A stretch of 64,000 nucleotides of DNA from Squalus acanthias (taxonomy: Eukaryota): the NCBI GenBank assembly GCA_030390025.1, contig CM059432.1, forward strand, positions 96,474,001 to 96,538,000, read 5' to 3'. Under the pieces are notes generated by a model. That model was not told the DNA's origin. It ran no database searches and worked only from the letters and a program-made list of their open reading frames with translations. Of the stretch, positions 48,902-62,330 are shown piece by piece. A program made the position numbers and the translations under genes. Each line of letters opens with the position of its first letter. Positions within the stretch are counted from its first letter, which is position 1.

Positions 48902-49631
48902 TTACCTTTTATGGAGGAGATATATGTTCCTGCAATGCCAATCAACTTCTCTGGCACAGAAAGCGAACAATTTGAACTGTGAATCTCATTCCTATTGGTA
49001 GTAAATTGTTGTTGGAGATTTTTAAATTAAAAATTTTTACATTTTTAATTCTTTTTTCTTACTTTTTTTTCGGTTTCTTTTCTCACTCTCTTAATCCAAT
49101 CTTTCTTTTCTTCTCATTATTTCTCTTTCTGTACCTGATTTGACTCTAATTCCCCCTATTTCCTTCTCGGTCATTCCTGCTTTTCTCACAGTCCTTAAAT
49201 TTCATTAGTTAAGGAGATACATTGTTGGTATAGTCATTCACCAAGATGCCCTGTTGCCCGAGCCGCTCTGTTATCAGCTAGCACTTCCGTCAACTTACAG
49301 GACAAAAATTTATCAGCTTGTGGATACATGTAGCATGGCCTCATTTCGGCCCCCAAATTCACATGTTACAAAATACAGCGAGCACCTGTCTAATTTTTTA
49401 TTAGATACAAAGTGAGTTTGCTGCAGTTGCCATGCATCCAATTTACAAAAAAATGCATGTATCTGTAACCATACATTCCCATAATTTAATCACATTATAA
49501 AACACAAATTAAAATATATATACTTAAAAGGGTATTTTTCTAAGTGTTTATTATTAAGTTGTGACAGAAGGAACATTTACAATGATTGTGATTTTGTAAT
49601 TTTGAGTATTTAAACATTGGTGTAATACTAA

Positions 49632-49657
49632 TATATGTATATATATATATATATATA
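49632..49657. repeat. (TA)n microsatellite
   Basis: tatatgtatatatatatatatatata. Confidence 0.9.
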
Positions 49658-51157
49658 AAAATCTTGCATAGGACATGCACCTCCTGTGCACGAACCTTGC
49701 TTCCTGTTGTCATGATTTTTGATCATGCTTTTCTGTCAACAGTTATTATTGTAAATTGGTGTGTCAACATTTTCCATTTAATTTTGCCATGTCAACTGTC
49801 ATGATGTAGTTGTAGGCTCTGACCACTAGGTGACTCTGTGGCGTGAGTTTCTGAAGCCTTTCTGTCTCTGCTAACTTCATCACCATCTTGTACATAAAGA
49901 AAACTTATAATCATCAATTGACCATGGGCAACACCACAGGCAGTTTATTAGTATTTTATGATAATGGGGGCAATTTTTAACTGAACCTTCTCAGTGTGAA
50001 ACTAACATGATCAGATCGGCCACCAATTTACATGCTGCCCGATTTTACTTTCCATGGTGGGTTAGATTAAAAATACCTACAGTGAGTTTACCGTTCCTCT
50101 CAATGCACTCATTGTTTTCTGTTATTGTAGATATTTCAAAAAAACATGGCTAATCTGAGCTTGTACTTTTCTAAATTGCCATTATGTACTTCCTAGGGAT
50201 TTGATAAATTATACATATTGCTTTGACATAAAGACATACACAGCAAACAGGGAAATAACCTCCCTAGCCAGCTATCTAAAGCTTTCAGATCACAATTATC
50301 CATCACTACTTCAGTCATCCCATTACTACTTACTTCTTCAGCACTTGATTATACTTTTTGTTTAATAAACGACATCATCTTGCTATTACACAACCCTTAT
50401 GTGAATTAGTAACAAGGCAATGTACCTGTAAGAGTTTTGCAATTTGATAATGGTATTCACTGAACATGTTTTAAAGGGTTCCTTTAAATACATTTTACAC
50501 ACTGACTTACAGTGCAGTGGAATCTGAAGCAGAAAACACATGCAAGTTAAGGATACAATATAATATAGATACAGTGGTTAGATATTAGGAATCCACTTTT
50601 TGAGCTATAGAATTCTTTTGTAAAGTAAATTTAAGAGAAAACTGTATTAAACACTCACCATTAAATAAATTACAATAAAATATGGAGCTGAGCTATCAAA
50701 AGACTAAACCAATTATCTATAGACAATTTCAAACAGCAAACTGCAACTTGCAAAGGTTCTTTGAAGTATCAGTTCCTTAATATTGTAGAAAGATTATTGT
50801 TATGACAACTATACTAGCCAGAAATCTTCAGATAGCATCTGGTTCTTGCTTTAGTGAAACATTTATGAGTTTTAATGACACTTGATAAACAAATCATAAA
50901 GTAAAAGTGGTGTATGCTGGCACATTCATAGATCAGGAAAAAATAGTAAATTATTGTGAAGGCTCTAATTTGCCTAATTAAACTTTCTGGGCATCTGGAA
51001 GGTATCAGTTCTTGAGTCTTTCTCTCCATTGTAGTTGTAGTAGCCTGATTCAAAGTTGTAATTTGTTAGGAAGAGTGATTAAAGTGAGTGAATAAAAAAA
51101 TGTAGCTATAACACCATCAGACTTCTCAATGTTGCAGCACTTAGCTTGATATAAATA

Positions 51158-51272
51158 TTACATAGAATTACATAGAAATTACAGCACAGAAACAGGCCAT
51201 TCGGCCCAACAGGATTATGCCGGCGTTTATGCTCCAGACGAGCCTTCTCCCACCCTACTTCATCTCACCCAT
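51158..51272 (-). mobile_element. CR1 3' tail fragment
   Basis: ttacatagaattacatagaaattacagcacagaaacaggccattcggcccaac. Confidence 0.75.
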
Positions 51273-51576
51273 CAAATATTGCTTTAGGGCTTGTCTTCTG
51301 TTCTGTCTAATCTGCAAAATCACAACAAAGATACTTATATAAATGCAAACACAAAGGTAATCGACAGAAGAGGTTGAATTTGTCATCTAAGGATTATATG
51401 GTTAATTGACTTGTGAAAATACAAAACATAACACACAATTCTCCATGATATGCCCTCTAATTACACTCAGTAATGTCTTATTTCAAATTCTTAAACGAGA
51501 GGACTATATATTTTCACAAAAATGCAAGCTTTTTGACACAAGGCACTTTTATGTTTTAGGAAAACTGAGAATAAGA

Positions 51577-53369
51577 GGCTGTGAATTTAATGGAGGAGGC
51601 GGGATGGTGGCGGGAGAGCTGGTTTCCTGATTCCGGTCCTGCTCCCAGCTGCAGTGGCTCTGTAGATGTGATTTTCCTTTGATTTGCCTTGTTAAGCCCG
51701 CCCTGCGGGTTTCACGGCCAATTAACAGGAAGCGGGTCTGATGACGTCATTTGATGACGCGTCATCAGCCAGTTTCCTTAAAGGGACCATGTCCACATGG
51801 AATTTGACAGTTGTTCTGTCAGTGTTTGACAGCATTGAGGTGCTGCAAACACAGACAATCACTGCACAAAGGTGAATGCTTGCACCCAGGCTCTTCAATG
51901 ACTCCCTCCATATGCTTATGGAGGGAGTCACAGCATGAAGGGAGGTTCTCTTCCCTTCCAAGGGCGGAAGAGACCTCCCCAGGACACCAACGCAGCCTGG
52001 TTGCACATTGCACAGGAGGGCAAAAGCAGGGATGTCGTCAGGGGTCCCTGGCTGCAGTGGCGCCAACCTTTCAATGGTCTCAGTGGATCACAAAACTTTG
52101 CTGCAAAGCCACACTCAACCTCATCCTGCTGTGCCACTCATCACATCCCCATCAATCTGCCTTCCCTACCCTACTCCTGCACATCCTTACTCACACCAAC
52201 TTACCTTGCACCTCCGCCCAACCCTCTCTATCTACTTTATCACTTCCTCATCTCACTAGCCACCCCTTACACTCACCCTCATCCTACTGCAAGCATACCA
52301 ACTAACAACACACAAGGGTAGGCACTTGAGAGGTTTAGCCAATGTCCATGTGAAATTTCTGGTAATGTGTTGTCATACAGTGAAATCTATTTTTCTAAAA
52401 GTGCTCCTTATTGGATAGATCTGAGCACACCTTCAGAAGTGTCTTACTGAGTTCCAGTGATTGTTCAGACATAACTTGCCCTCACCTCGCCACGCTATAG
52501 AGTGTGTGCATGGAATGGCTTGGACATTAAAGGGATGCTTCACGGTGCTGGTGTGGGATGGTGTTAACCTTGCGCATCATATGGCAGCCAGGGTTTACAG
52601 CATCAAGTGAAGTTAATCTGGCCATGGTGATGCCATTGCTGGCCTCCCGGACAGCAATGTTGTCAGAGGCTGATGCCCTGTGTCCAGTGCAGCATCATGT
52701 GATGGCGGAGAAGGTTGGTGATGTTGTTGGTGATGTTGGTGTGCTTGGTGATATTGGTTTTGGGGCTGATCGTGGAAGGATTCGGAGGACCAAGGTCTGA
52801 TTGTTTCAATGGCTCTGATGTTGCTGCAATAGATGGCAGCTGCAGGTGAGATGACAGAAGTGATCTGTCAATGGTGAGAGAGGTTCGCCAAATGAGGTGG
52901 CACTGGACATACAGTTGGATCTAAAAACTTGTAAGCTAAAGAAATCTCTATATGTATTAAAAATGCAGTAACCAACATTTTCTGCACTCTGAAACTCACC
53001 ATCTGCAACACGGCATCCTTCACACCACTTCTGCAGCTGTCAGCTTTTCAGAAACATCAGAGCAGTCTTAAAACACGCCAGGGTGAGCTGACGTGTTCCC
53101 CGAACAGCGGGTAACCCGTGGGGGAGAACGTAAAAATAGAAGTAAGCCTCAAAATAGTCTTAAATTGGCTCTTAACAAGCCATTTAACAATCTGAATTGT
53201 CTCCCCCGCCGCTTGGTGTCGAGTCAGTTCTCCGCTGACAGACACGACACCTGGGAGACTCGCGTGGAGACGGGTTGACAGCGGGTTTCCTACCCACTGT
53301 CAATCTTTGCTATTTTGACAGCGGACCCGCCTCCAAACCCACCCCCTGAGCGCTATTAAATTTGCGGCC
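51577..53369 (+). mobile_element. Non-autonomous PIF/Harbinger element with decayed Myb/SANT ORF
   Basis: TIRs ggctgtgaatttaat / attaaatttgcggcc; perfect TSD AGA; RKRPPQDTNAAWLHIAQE remnant; colinear with 3849-5387. Confidence 0.88.
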
Positions 53370-53445
53370 AGAGAGTTTAGCTACAGAAACTATATAATGC
53401 ACAGTTAGAAAACAAATCCCAAACTGTTTGGGATTTCAAACTTAT

Positions 53446-53950
53446 GGGGGCCTATTTTAACGTGGGGCGAGATTGGAGCGTGGGGGGGTCAGGGCCTAAG
53501 TGGGCGGCACATCCAGAAGTTGGGAAGTGAGCAGGGTCCGGCTGATTTTAACTGCCAGGTCTGATTTTAATATTGCACATCTGTCTCCAGCCAAAACCAG
53601 TGGGAATGATATCAATGGCCGACGAGCGGGAGCGGGAATTGGGTCTGGAGCTGGACGCCACTGGGGACCCGGCATAAGGTACCTGCTGGGAGGGACAGCT
53701 GCAGAATCAGTGCTGGTTGGAGGAGGGAGAGCGAAGATCACGGCAGGGCAGATCCAAGGATTCCTTGTGGGATCACTTCTGCTCCTTCTGGCCCCAAAGG
53801 AATCCTTTGAAAATTAAACTGAATTTACCTTGCCCTCTTCCGGCCACTGTGCTGCATTCCACAAGGTTGCTCTGGCAGGTTTGTCACCATGCGGGCCTTC
53901 ACCCCCCTCCCCCCCCTCCCCCCACCCCCACCCCCTGAGTACTAGCTAAA
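53446..53950. mobile_element. GC-rich MITE-like fragment
   Basis: Abrupt GC-rich block starting gggggcctattttaac, resembling the gggNNNNattt termini of the other MITEs here. No clear right TIR. Confidence 0.4.
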
Positions 53951-54318
53951 ATAGCATTGTAGCTCTGGTGACATGCTCACTTCAGTGGTAACATGGCCAA
54001 GAACACAGGTTAAAAGATGGGAAAGCCCGACTTAGGGCCCAAATGATAGCTGTAGCTTTCCATGTTTATGTTTTTTGTCACGATGCAATGCCTTGGATCT
54101 GCATTTGACTCATGCCAAGAATCTCACAGCAAGGATTTGGCAAATGCTGCCAGCTCTTCCTGTTAGTTGACACTTTAAGGAGGAATCATGACCTTTCTGT
54201 GAACTCAGGAAATAGAGGTGTTTGTGTAGTGAGATGGAGACAGGCATCTGTGAGACGTGCTGGTTGGAGAGAGTGTTAGGAGGTCTTACTCTGGTGCAGC
54301 TTTTATGATGAATTTTAT

Positions 54319-55086
54319 GGCCTGGAATTTGCGGTCAGCAGCAATGCGAAGACGTTCGCTGCTGGCACTGAAGTACGCTCCACGCAAGGATCTCGCAATC
54401 CCTGTGTCGAGAACTTCGGGTTTTCCGACCTTCAATTCAATTCAATGGATTGTAGTGGGGATCCCCTTGTTCAAACTGCTGTGACATCAACAAGTTGTCT
54501 AAGCAGAAACATCAAAAGGCAGAATTCTCACAGAGCACGCACAAGGTAGTGAGCAAGCTCTTAATATAGTTAGAGAGAGCAAAAGAAAGATTGGGGCTCT
54601 CACATGGGGAAAAGGCAAACCTGAAATAAAGATGGACAAACTTAAAAAAAAGTAAAACTTTTTTTTGAAAAGTTTCTTAAAAATTGTAATTTTTATTAAA
54701 ATGGACAGATTTCACACTGCACAAAATTAAAATTAGTTTTTCAGGCCCTTAACATTTTTTTAGCAGTCAATACGCTGTTAAAACTCCAGTTACACCTAAT
54801 CCCTTTGGGTCTAACTTTTAGTGTGGAATTTAAAAGTGTACTTACTGCGGAAGAGCCGAAGTTTTCATCAGTTTCAATGATCGATTTCACTGATTGCCGG
54901 CTCTGTGGCGGGGCGGTTGCGGGGGGGGGCACAGTACAGCCTGTTTTAGAGCTGTCAATGACAGACCGAAACTTTTGGATTTCCACATGTGCCTGTGCAT
55001 GAGCCAAATCCCGAAGTTGCGGTCAGTTTCAATGGTGGAATGACGGCGAACGCTGCCAGTTCGCCATCATCAGGACTGCAAATCCA
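54319..55086. mobile_element. PIF/Harbinger-type MITE (longer relative of 18-255)
   Basis: ggcctggaatttgcggtc at left and gactgcaaatcca at right (inverted), with subterminal gttcgc / gcgaac repeats. Confidence 0.65.
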
Positions 55087-56202
55087 TTGTTTTAACTAAA
55101 GAGCAGCAGTCTGGCTCACATTCTGAGGATGATCAGCTATTTGGGTGGGAATGAATCCGATTGATGTTGCTCACCTACTTAACAATCAGTACCATGGGAT
55201 GACTTATCTTCTGCCTGCATCATTAGTAAAACTGTGAGAAATGGTAGAAGAAGAAAACCTTACTCATTGGTTTAGTCTGAGCTATATTAAGGGGAGCTGA
55301 AACAGGCAAAACTAAGCTTCTGAAAACAAACCAAAAATATTTCAGCCTCCAAACCTGGCCACCTTCATAAGTGTTATTCATCACCATTGGAGGATTGTTT
55401 GTCAGCTTATAATTATAGTACTGCAAACAAAATTACCTACTAATATTCAAAATCGATGGGTGTGATTTTAACCCCCAAGCCGGACAAGAACAGTGCATGG
55501 GAGGGGTTAAAATCAGGTGAGTCACTCTGTTCCCGCCCAGTGGCATTTTATCTTCGCTGATTTTCAAGTTGGCTGAGTCTCCCGCTATAGGCAGGAGGAA
55601 CATAATTAAAATATAAAGCCATTAAAGAGTTGTGACTCAGTGATGCCATCAGCACTACAATGCTATTTGTAATGGAACTCGGTGGGAGGCCCATCTGTTT
55701 TTCTTTATTTATTGTTAGACGACCTGAGTCGCAGCTCCTGGTAACCACTTTCAGCCAGTCAGAGGTGGTCCCTCACCAGCAAAGATGAGTAGTATCGAGA
55801 GGTTGAAAGCAGCTGGTATGAAGCCCCATCAGAACAAAAAGGCAAGCTGTTAAGATGAAAACAAACTCTGATGGCCTGCTGTGGTTCTGTTCATATTTTA
55901 TAGTTGAAAAGCAGTACCTTGTCAACTCTTTAAAAAAAATCGCAGTGCTGCCAACTACTATAGTATTAATGTGTCACATAGGATAGAGAAGGAAATAATG
56001 GGCAGCAGATGGATATGAGTATTGTTTTAACAATTAAAAAATTGTGGGGGGAAATGTGGCTTTAAATGGAGCTACCTAGCTGCCAAAAAAAAAAACAGCT
56101 TATCTTTTCAAACTTTGAATTATTATTTCTCTGCATGATACAATAACATTATTTCACAGAGGTGGCCAGTCTTCTGTGCTCCTCGACCAAGGAAAAGCTT
56201 TG

Positions 56203-56867
56203 GGGCTAAAAATTAAAGAATTGCTCCATTTGGGGCGCTAACTTCGCTGGGGCGCTACTGGAAGCGCCCTGCATCCCTCTTGGGGCGCTGCGAGTCAATA
56301 TCGCAGCGCTGTGGCACGTCGCGCCGCGGTATTGCAGGCCTTCCTCCCCTTCTTAAAGGGGAGGGGCCTTGCGCAGCGCGACCCGGGGCCCAGCTGGGCC
56401 CCCGGGGATTGGGAGTGCCGGCAAAAGAGCCCGGCACTCAAGAGAAGTGCCAGGCTCTTGGAGCGCAGCTAGCACTCCGCGGGGTGGGGGGGTGGTGGGG
56501 GGGGCGTTCAGGAGGCTGGGGATGGGAACGCAGGCAGGTGCTGGCAGGCGGCCAGCAACAAAAATGGCCGCCCCATACTTCGCCTTTAAATTGCATCTCC
56601 CCGGCCGCAGGCAGGCCCCCCTGACCCCGTCGGACATAGCGTCTGGAGGTAAGTCAGGGGCGCTCCCGAAGATCACGGCCGGGGCATGACGTCATCGCTG
56701 GCGGCGCAGCGCTGGTGGGGCGCTACTGTTTAGCGCCGCCGCTAACCTCCCGCTGAATTTCACAGGAGGCGTGGGCGGCGCCGCGCCCGGGCGCTAGTTG
56801 CTTTGTGCCCCGTTAGCGCCCTCTTAGGGTGCTAACGGGAGGCGCAATGCGACCCAATTTTTCCCCC
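56203..56867. mobile_element. CpG-rich PIF/Harbinger-type MITE
   Basis: ggg..aaaatt / aatttttccccc termini, TTG on both flanks, many gcgcta/tagcgc subterminal repeats. The right end matches 6287-6345 inverted. Confidence 0.65.
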
Positions 56868-57179
56868 TTGGACTTTCATGCCAGGAAAGCATTTCTTTAG
56901 GGTGCCACCTAGTTGCCAAATTAAATGGTAGACACACAATAAACCTCAAGTGCTTGGCTCCAACCAAGAGAAAAGTCAAGTCCATCATGGAAAACTCTGA
57001 AATAAATAAAAGCTCAGTAATTAAAACACGGGTATCTTTAAAAAAGAAGAGTTGCCCGCCACTGACCATCTCCCTGTAAAGAGGTAAGTACCTTATGTAC
57101 CCATGCATACATTCGAATGGAGGGATCCTTCTGTGTGTGGCCTAAAGGGACTGGGAAAATAAACTGGGATTTATAGAGC

Positions 57180-58085
57180 CCCTGATCAATTCCTCAGGAT
57201 GCCCCAAAGAGCTTCACACCCAATGCATTATGTTTGAAACATAGTCAATTGTGGCAGGCAATCTGCGCACAGCAAAATCCCAGAAATAGCAAATGGGATG
57301 AATGAGCAGTTAGTCTGTTTTTGGTGGTGTTGGTGAAGGGATATATCTTAGCCAGGAAATAGTGTTATGGGATCTTTTATGTCCATCTAAACATGAAGAC
57401 AGAGGGCTGGATTTTGATACTGGGGTGGGTTGGGGTCGTGTCATCCACTTTTTGTGTTATCCACCCGACTGTAAGATTGATGCAATTTTCACTTAATTGG
57501 GCAATTGAGTTCCAGCATGTGGGAACTCATGACCCAATTAGTGTTTTCAGTCTGAAAGTCGCCTCTGATGTCATCATTGCTGCTGCATTGAAGGTCTTCA
57601 GAGACTGCCTGGCCTTTGCTGTGAGAGGACCTGGATGCAAAATGAGTAGCAGCCCTAAGTCTGCTCCCAGATAGTTTACACCACCACTCCCAGATATGTC
57701 TCCTCTCCATCCATCCATCCAGCCAGCCAGGTTTCACATTCGTGGTTCAGAACAGGCGTGCTTCACATAGAAAAAGGGTTAAAATCACAAAGGCCTTTCA
57801 AAATGGCATTATAGAGGCAATTTAGTGCTTGTTAAGGGCCTTAACAGCCTATCCTGCCTCTTAGAGTCGGGACCAGCAGACACGACTTAATGAAAATTGC
57901 ATGGAGGCGGGATGCGGGCTTGTGCCTGCCCGCCAGTTTTTGCAATTTTAACCCCCCACATGCCTCCAAACCCACCTCCACAGGTCAATGAAAATCCAGC
58001 CCATAGCCTCAGTTTGAGATCTCATCTGAAAGAACACTCCCCCAGTACTGCTTTGTAGTGGCAACTTAAGTTGTGAGCTCAAGTA
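57180..58085 (-). mobile_element. Old Deu-domain-like SINE interrupted by a MITE
   Basis: ggcaatctgcgcacagcaaaatccca...tctgtttttggtggtgttgg...gggatctttt, resuming at 58006 as gcctcagttt...tcatctgaaaga..cactcccccagtactgc. Confidence 0.55.
57404..58002. mobile_element. PIF/Harbinger-type MITE, family of 38714-39485
   Basis: TIRs gggctggatttt / aaaatccagccc; flanks AGA / ATA; shared internal gatgcaattttcacttaattgggcaattgagtt. Confidence 0.85.
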
Positions 58086-58515
58086 CCAATATAATTCAAC
58101 AAAGTGAAATGACAATTAGATGCCCATAACATAGATAGATGTCAAAATAGTCGAGAAGAAAATGTTTCAGATTTATCGCTGTCAAAAAGTGATTTTTCCA
58201 CATACCTTGATCGAATTTGTCATAAACATTTTTAAACAAACATTAGAAGTAGAATTCCTCTGGTCGTTATAGTATTGAAATCACTTACATGTTCTTTTCG
58301 AATGCAGTTATGAATTTGTTAAACATAGTGACCAAAGCAATTCTTTCCCCACACTTATCATTCATCACACATAGTAATCACGCATTTTATGTTGTGGTAT
58401 CTATGGAAAACCTCAAAAAGTTAACATCTATCTTTAAAATTGTTATCACATATAAATGGAACAAAAGACAGCTTTGCCAAATCAATAACTGGCTTATAAC
58501 AACAACAACAAGACA

Positions 58516-60749
58516 AAGTCCCGTCCTCACACTGAGGACACCCTCCATCGTGTCGTGTGGCACTACCACCGTGCTAAATGGGATAGATTCAGAACAGATC
58601 TAGCAGCTCAAAACTGGGCATCCATGAGGCGCTGTGGGCCATCAGCAGCAGCAGAATTGTATTCCACCACAATCTGTAATCTCATGGCCCGGCATATCCC
58701 TCACTCTACCATTACCACCAAGCCAGGAGACCAACCCTGGTTCAATAAGGAGTGTAGATGAGCATGCCAGGAGCAGCACCAGGCGTGCCTAAAAATGAGG
58801 TGCCAACCTGGGGAAGCTGCAACACAGGACTACATGCATGCTAAAAAGCGGAAGCAGCATGCTATAGACAGGGGTAGGCGATCCCACAATCAACGGATCA
58901 GATCAAAGCTCTGCAGTCCTGCCACATCCAGTCGTGAATGGTGGTGGACCATTAAACAACTAACAGGAAGAGGAGGCTCCATGAATATCCCCATCCTCAA
59001 TGATGGTGGAGCCCAGCATGTGAGTGCAAAAGACAAGGCTGAAGCATTTGCAACCATCTTCAGCCAGAAGTGCTGAGTGGATGATCCATATCGGCCTCCT
59101 CCTGAGGTCCCCACCATCACAGAAGCCAGTCTTCAGCCAATTCGATTCACTCCACGTAATATCAAGAAACGGCTGAGTGCACCTGTTACAACAAAGGCTA
59201 TGGGCCCCGACAACATCCCGGCTGTCGTGCTGAAGACTTGTGCTCCAGAACTAGCCGCGCCTCTAGACAAGTTGTTCCAGTACAGCTACAACACTGGCAT
59301 CTATCCGACAATGTGGAAAACTGCCCAGGTATGTCCTGTCCACAAAAAGCAGGACAAATCCAACCCAACCAATTACCGCCCCATCAGTCTACTCTCAATC
59401 ATCAGCAAAGTGATGGAAGGTGTCATCGACAGTGCTATCAAGTGGCACTTAATCACCAATAACCTGCTCACTGCTGCTCAGTTTGGGTTCCACTAAGACC
59501 ACTCGGCTCCCCACCTCATTACAGCCTTGGTCCAAACATGGACAAAGGAGCTGAATTCCAGAGGTGAGGTGAGAGTGACTGCCCTTGACATCAAGGCAGC
59601 ATTTGACCGAGTGTGGCATGAAGAAGCCCTAGTAAAACTGAAGTCAATGGGAATCAGGGGGAAAACGCTCACTGGCTGGAGTCATACCTAGCACAAAGGA
59701 AGATGGTTGTGGTGGTTGAAGGTCAATCATCACAGCCCCAGGACATCACTGCAGGAGTTCCTCAGGACAGTATCCTAGGCCCAAACATCTTCAGCTGCTT
59801 CATCAATAACCTTCCCTCCAACATAAGGTCAGAAATGGGGATGTTCGCTGATGACTGCACAGTGTTCAGCGCCATTCACAACTCCTCAGATAATGAAGCA
59901 GTCCATGCCCGCATGCAACAAGACCTGGATAACGTTCAGGCTTGGGCTGATAAGTGTCAGGTAACATTCGTGCCACACAAGTGCCAGGCAATGACTATCT
60001 CCAACAAGCGAGAGTCTAACCACCTCCCCTTGACATTCAGTGGCATTACCGTCGCCGAATCCCCCACCATCAACATCCTGGGGGTTACTATTGACCAGAA
60101 ACTTAACTGGACCAGCCACATAAATACTGTGGCAACAAGAGCAGGTCAGAGGCTAGGTATTCTGCAGCGAGTGTCTCACCTCCTGACCCCCCAAAGCCTT
60201 TCCACCATCTACAAGGCACAAGTAAGGAGTGTGATGGAATACTCTCCACTTGCCTGGATGAGTGCAGCTCCAACAACACTCAAGAAGCTCAACACCATCC
60301 AGGACAAAGCAGCCTGTTTGATTGGCACCCCATCCACCACCTTAAAACATTCACTCCCTCCACCACCGGCGTACCGTGGCTGCAGTGTGTACCATCTACA
60401 AGATGCACTGCAGCAACTCGCCAAAGTTTCTTCGGCAGCAACTCCCAAACACGCGACCTCTTCCACCCAGAAGGACAAGGGCAGCAGGCGCATGGGAACA
60501 CCACCACCTCCAAGTTCCCCTCCAAGTCACACACCATCCTGACTTGGAAGTATATCGCCGATCCTTCATCGTCGCTGGGTCAAAATCCTGGAACTCCCTC
60601 CCTAACAGCACTGTGGGAGTGCCTTCACCACACGGACTGCAGCGGTTCAAGAAGGCAGCTCACCACCACCTTCTCAAGGGCAACTAGGGATGGGCAATAA
60701 ATGCTGGCCTTGCCAGTGATGCCCAGATCCCATGAGCAAATAAAAAAAA
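58516..60749 (+). mobile_element. 5'-truncated Zenon-like CR1-group LINE, inserted into an L2 tail
   Basis: KPGDQPWFN, KAMGPDNIP..LKTCAPELA, NYRPISLLSIISKVME, ALDIKAAFDRVWH, GVPQ, MFADD, with several stops and an A-rich tail. The clade label is tentative. Confidence 0.85.
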
Positions 60750-62330
60750 CCTTGCATTTGTATAGCAACTTAGAAGAATGTCCCAAGGCACTTCACTGGA
60801 GCGTTATCAAACAAAATTGACACAGAGCCAAAGGAGATATTAGGAGGTGTAACTAAAAGCTTGGTCAAAGAGGTGGGGTTTACGAAGATTCTTAAAGGAG
60901 GAGAGGTGGAGAGACAGAAAGGTTTATGGAAGGGAGGGAATTCCAGAACTTAGGGCTTAGATGGCTGAAGGCACGGCTGCCAATGGCGGGGCGAAGAGAG
61001 TGAGGGATGTACAAGAGGCCAAAGTTGGAGGAATGCAGAGTTCTTGCAGGGTTGTAGGGCTGGAGGAGGTTACAGAGACAGGGAGGGGTGAGGCCACAAA
61101 GGGATTTGAAAGTGAGGATGAGAATTCTAAGTTAGAGGAATTGGGGGACAGGGAGCCAATGTAGGTCAGGGTGCACAGGGATGAAGGGTGAACAGGACTT
61201 GGTGTGATTTAAGATGCAGGCAGTAGAATTTTGGATGAGATGAAGTTAATTGAGGGTGGAGGATGGAAGGCCGTCTAGGAGAGCATTAGAATAGTTGAGT
61301 CCGGTGGTGACAAAGGCATGGATGAGGTTTTCGGCAGCAGCTGGGTTGAGGCAAAGACAGAGATGGGCAATGCTAGAGAGGTGGAAGTGGGCAGTCTTTG
61401 TGATGGAGAGGATATGGAGTTGGAAGCTCAGCTTGGGCTCAGAAAGGATGCCGAGGTTGCAAACAGTCAGTTTCAACATGAGACAGTGGCCTAGGAGGGG
61501 GATGGAATTGGTGGCGAGGGTTTGGAGTTTGTGGGGGGAGGCGGACGAAGATGATGGCTTTGGTCTTTCCAATTTTTAACTGAAGGAAATTGTGGCTCAT
61601 CCAGGACTGGATATCAGACAAGTAGGCTGACAATACAAAGGCAGTGGAAGGGTCGTGAGAGGTGATGGAGAGGTACAGCTAGGTGTTGTACAGTGGTACA
61701 TGTGGAATCTGACATGGTGTCTTCGGATAAGGTCACCAAGGGGAAACATGCAAATGAGAAATAGGTGGAGGCCGAGAATATATCCTTGAGGAGCTCCGGA
61801 GGTAACGTTGCTGAGATGGGAAGAGAAGCCATTACTGGAGATGCTACGATTGGATAGGTAAGAGTGGAGCCAACTGAAGGCAGTACCACTAAGCAGGACA
61901 ACAGAGGAGAGGCATTGGAGGTGGATGTTGTGGTCAACCATGTCAAAGGCTGCATGAAGTCAAGAGGACAAAGATTAATAGTGCAACACAGTCACAGAGG
62001 ATGTTATTTGTGACTTTAATTAGGACTGTTTCGGTGCTGTGACAGGGCTGGAGACCTGATTGGAGAGAGTCAGACATGGAGTTATGGGAAAGGCAGGCAT
62101 GAATTTGGGAGGCGACAACACGTTCTAGATCTTTGGAGGGGAAAGGGAGGTCGGAGATGCGGGGTAGTTTGCAAGATCAGAGGGGTTGAGGGTGGGATTT
62201 TTGAGAAGGGGTAATGATGGAGGTTTGGAAAGGGAGGGGGACACTACCTGAGGATAGGGAACCATTTATAATGTCAGCTAACATGGGGGCCAGGAAGGCG
62301 GTCAGCAGTTTAGTTGGAATGGGGTCGAGA
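60750..62330 (-). mobile_element. Decayed L2 LINE (RT + 3' UTR); its (caa)n tail is displaced to ~58499-58511
   Basis: cttgcatttgtatagc tail. Minus-strand remnants VDHNIHLQCL, GAPQG.ILG, WMSHNFLQLKIGKT, LIHAFVT. Confidence 0.85.

Noticed and set aside
50652..50700. Minus-strand exon ending ATG|GTGAGT
   Set aside because: Very AT-rich and short, with no coding signal or supporting neighbours; plausible by chance.
56203..56867. CpG island promoter
   Set aside because: Bounded by inverted termini and a 3-bp repeat, and homologous to 6287-6345, so it is a MITE.
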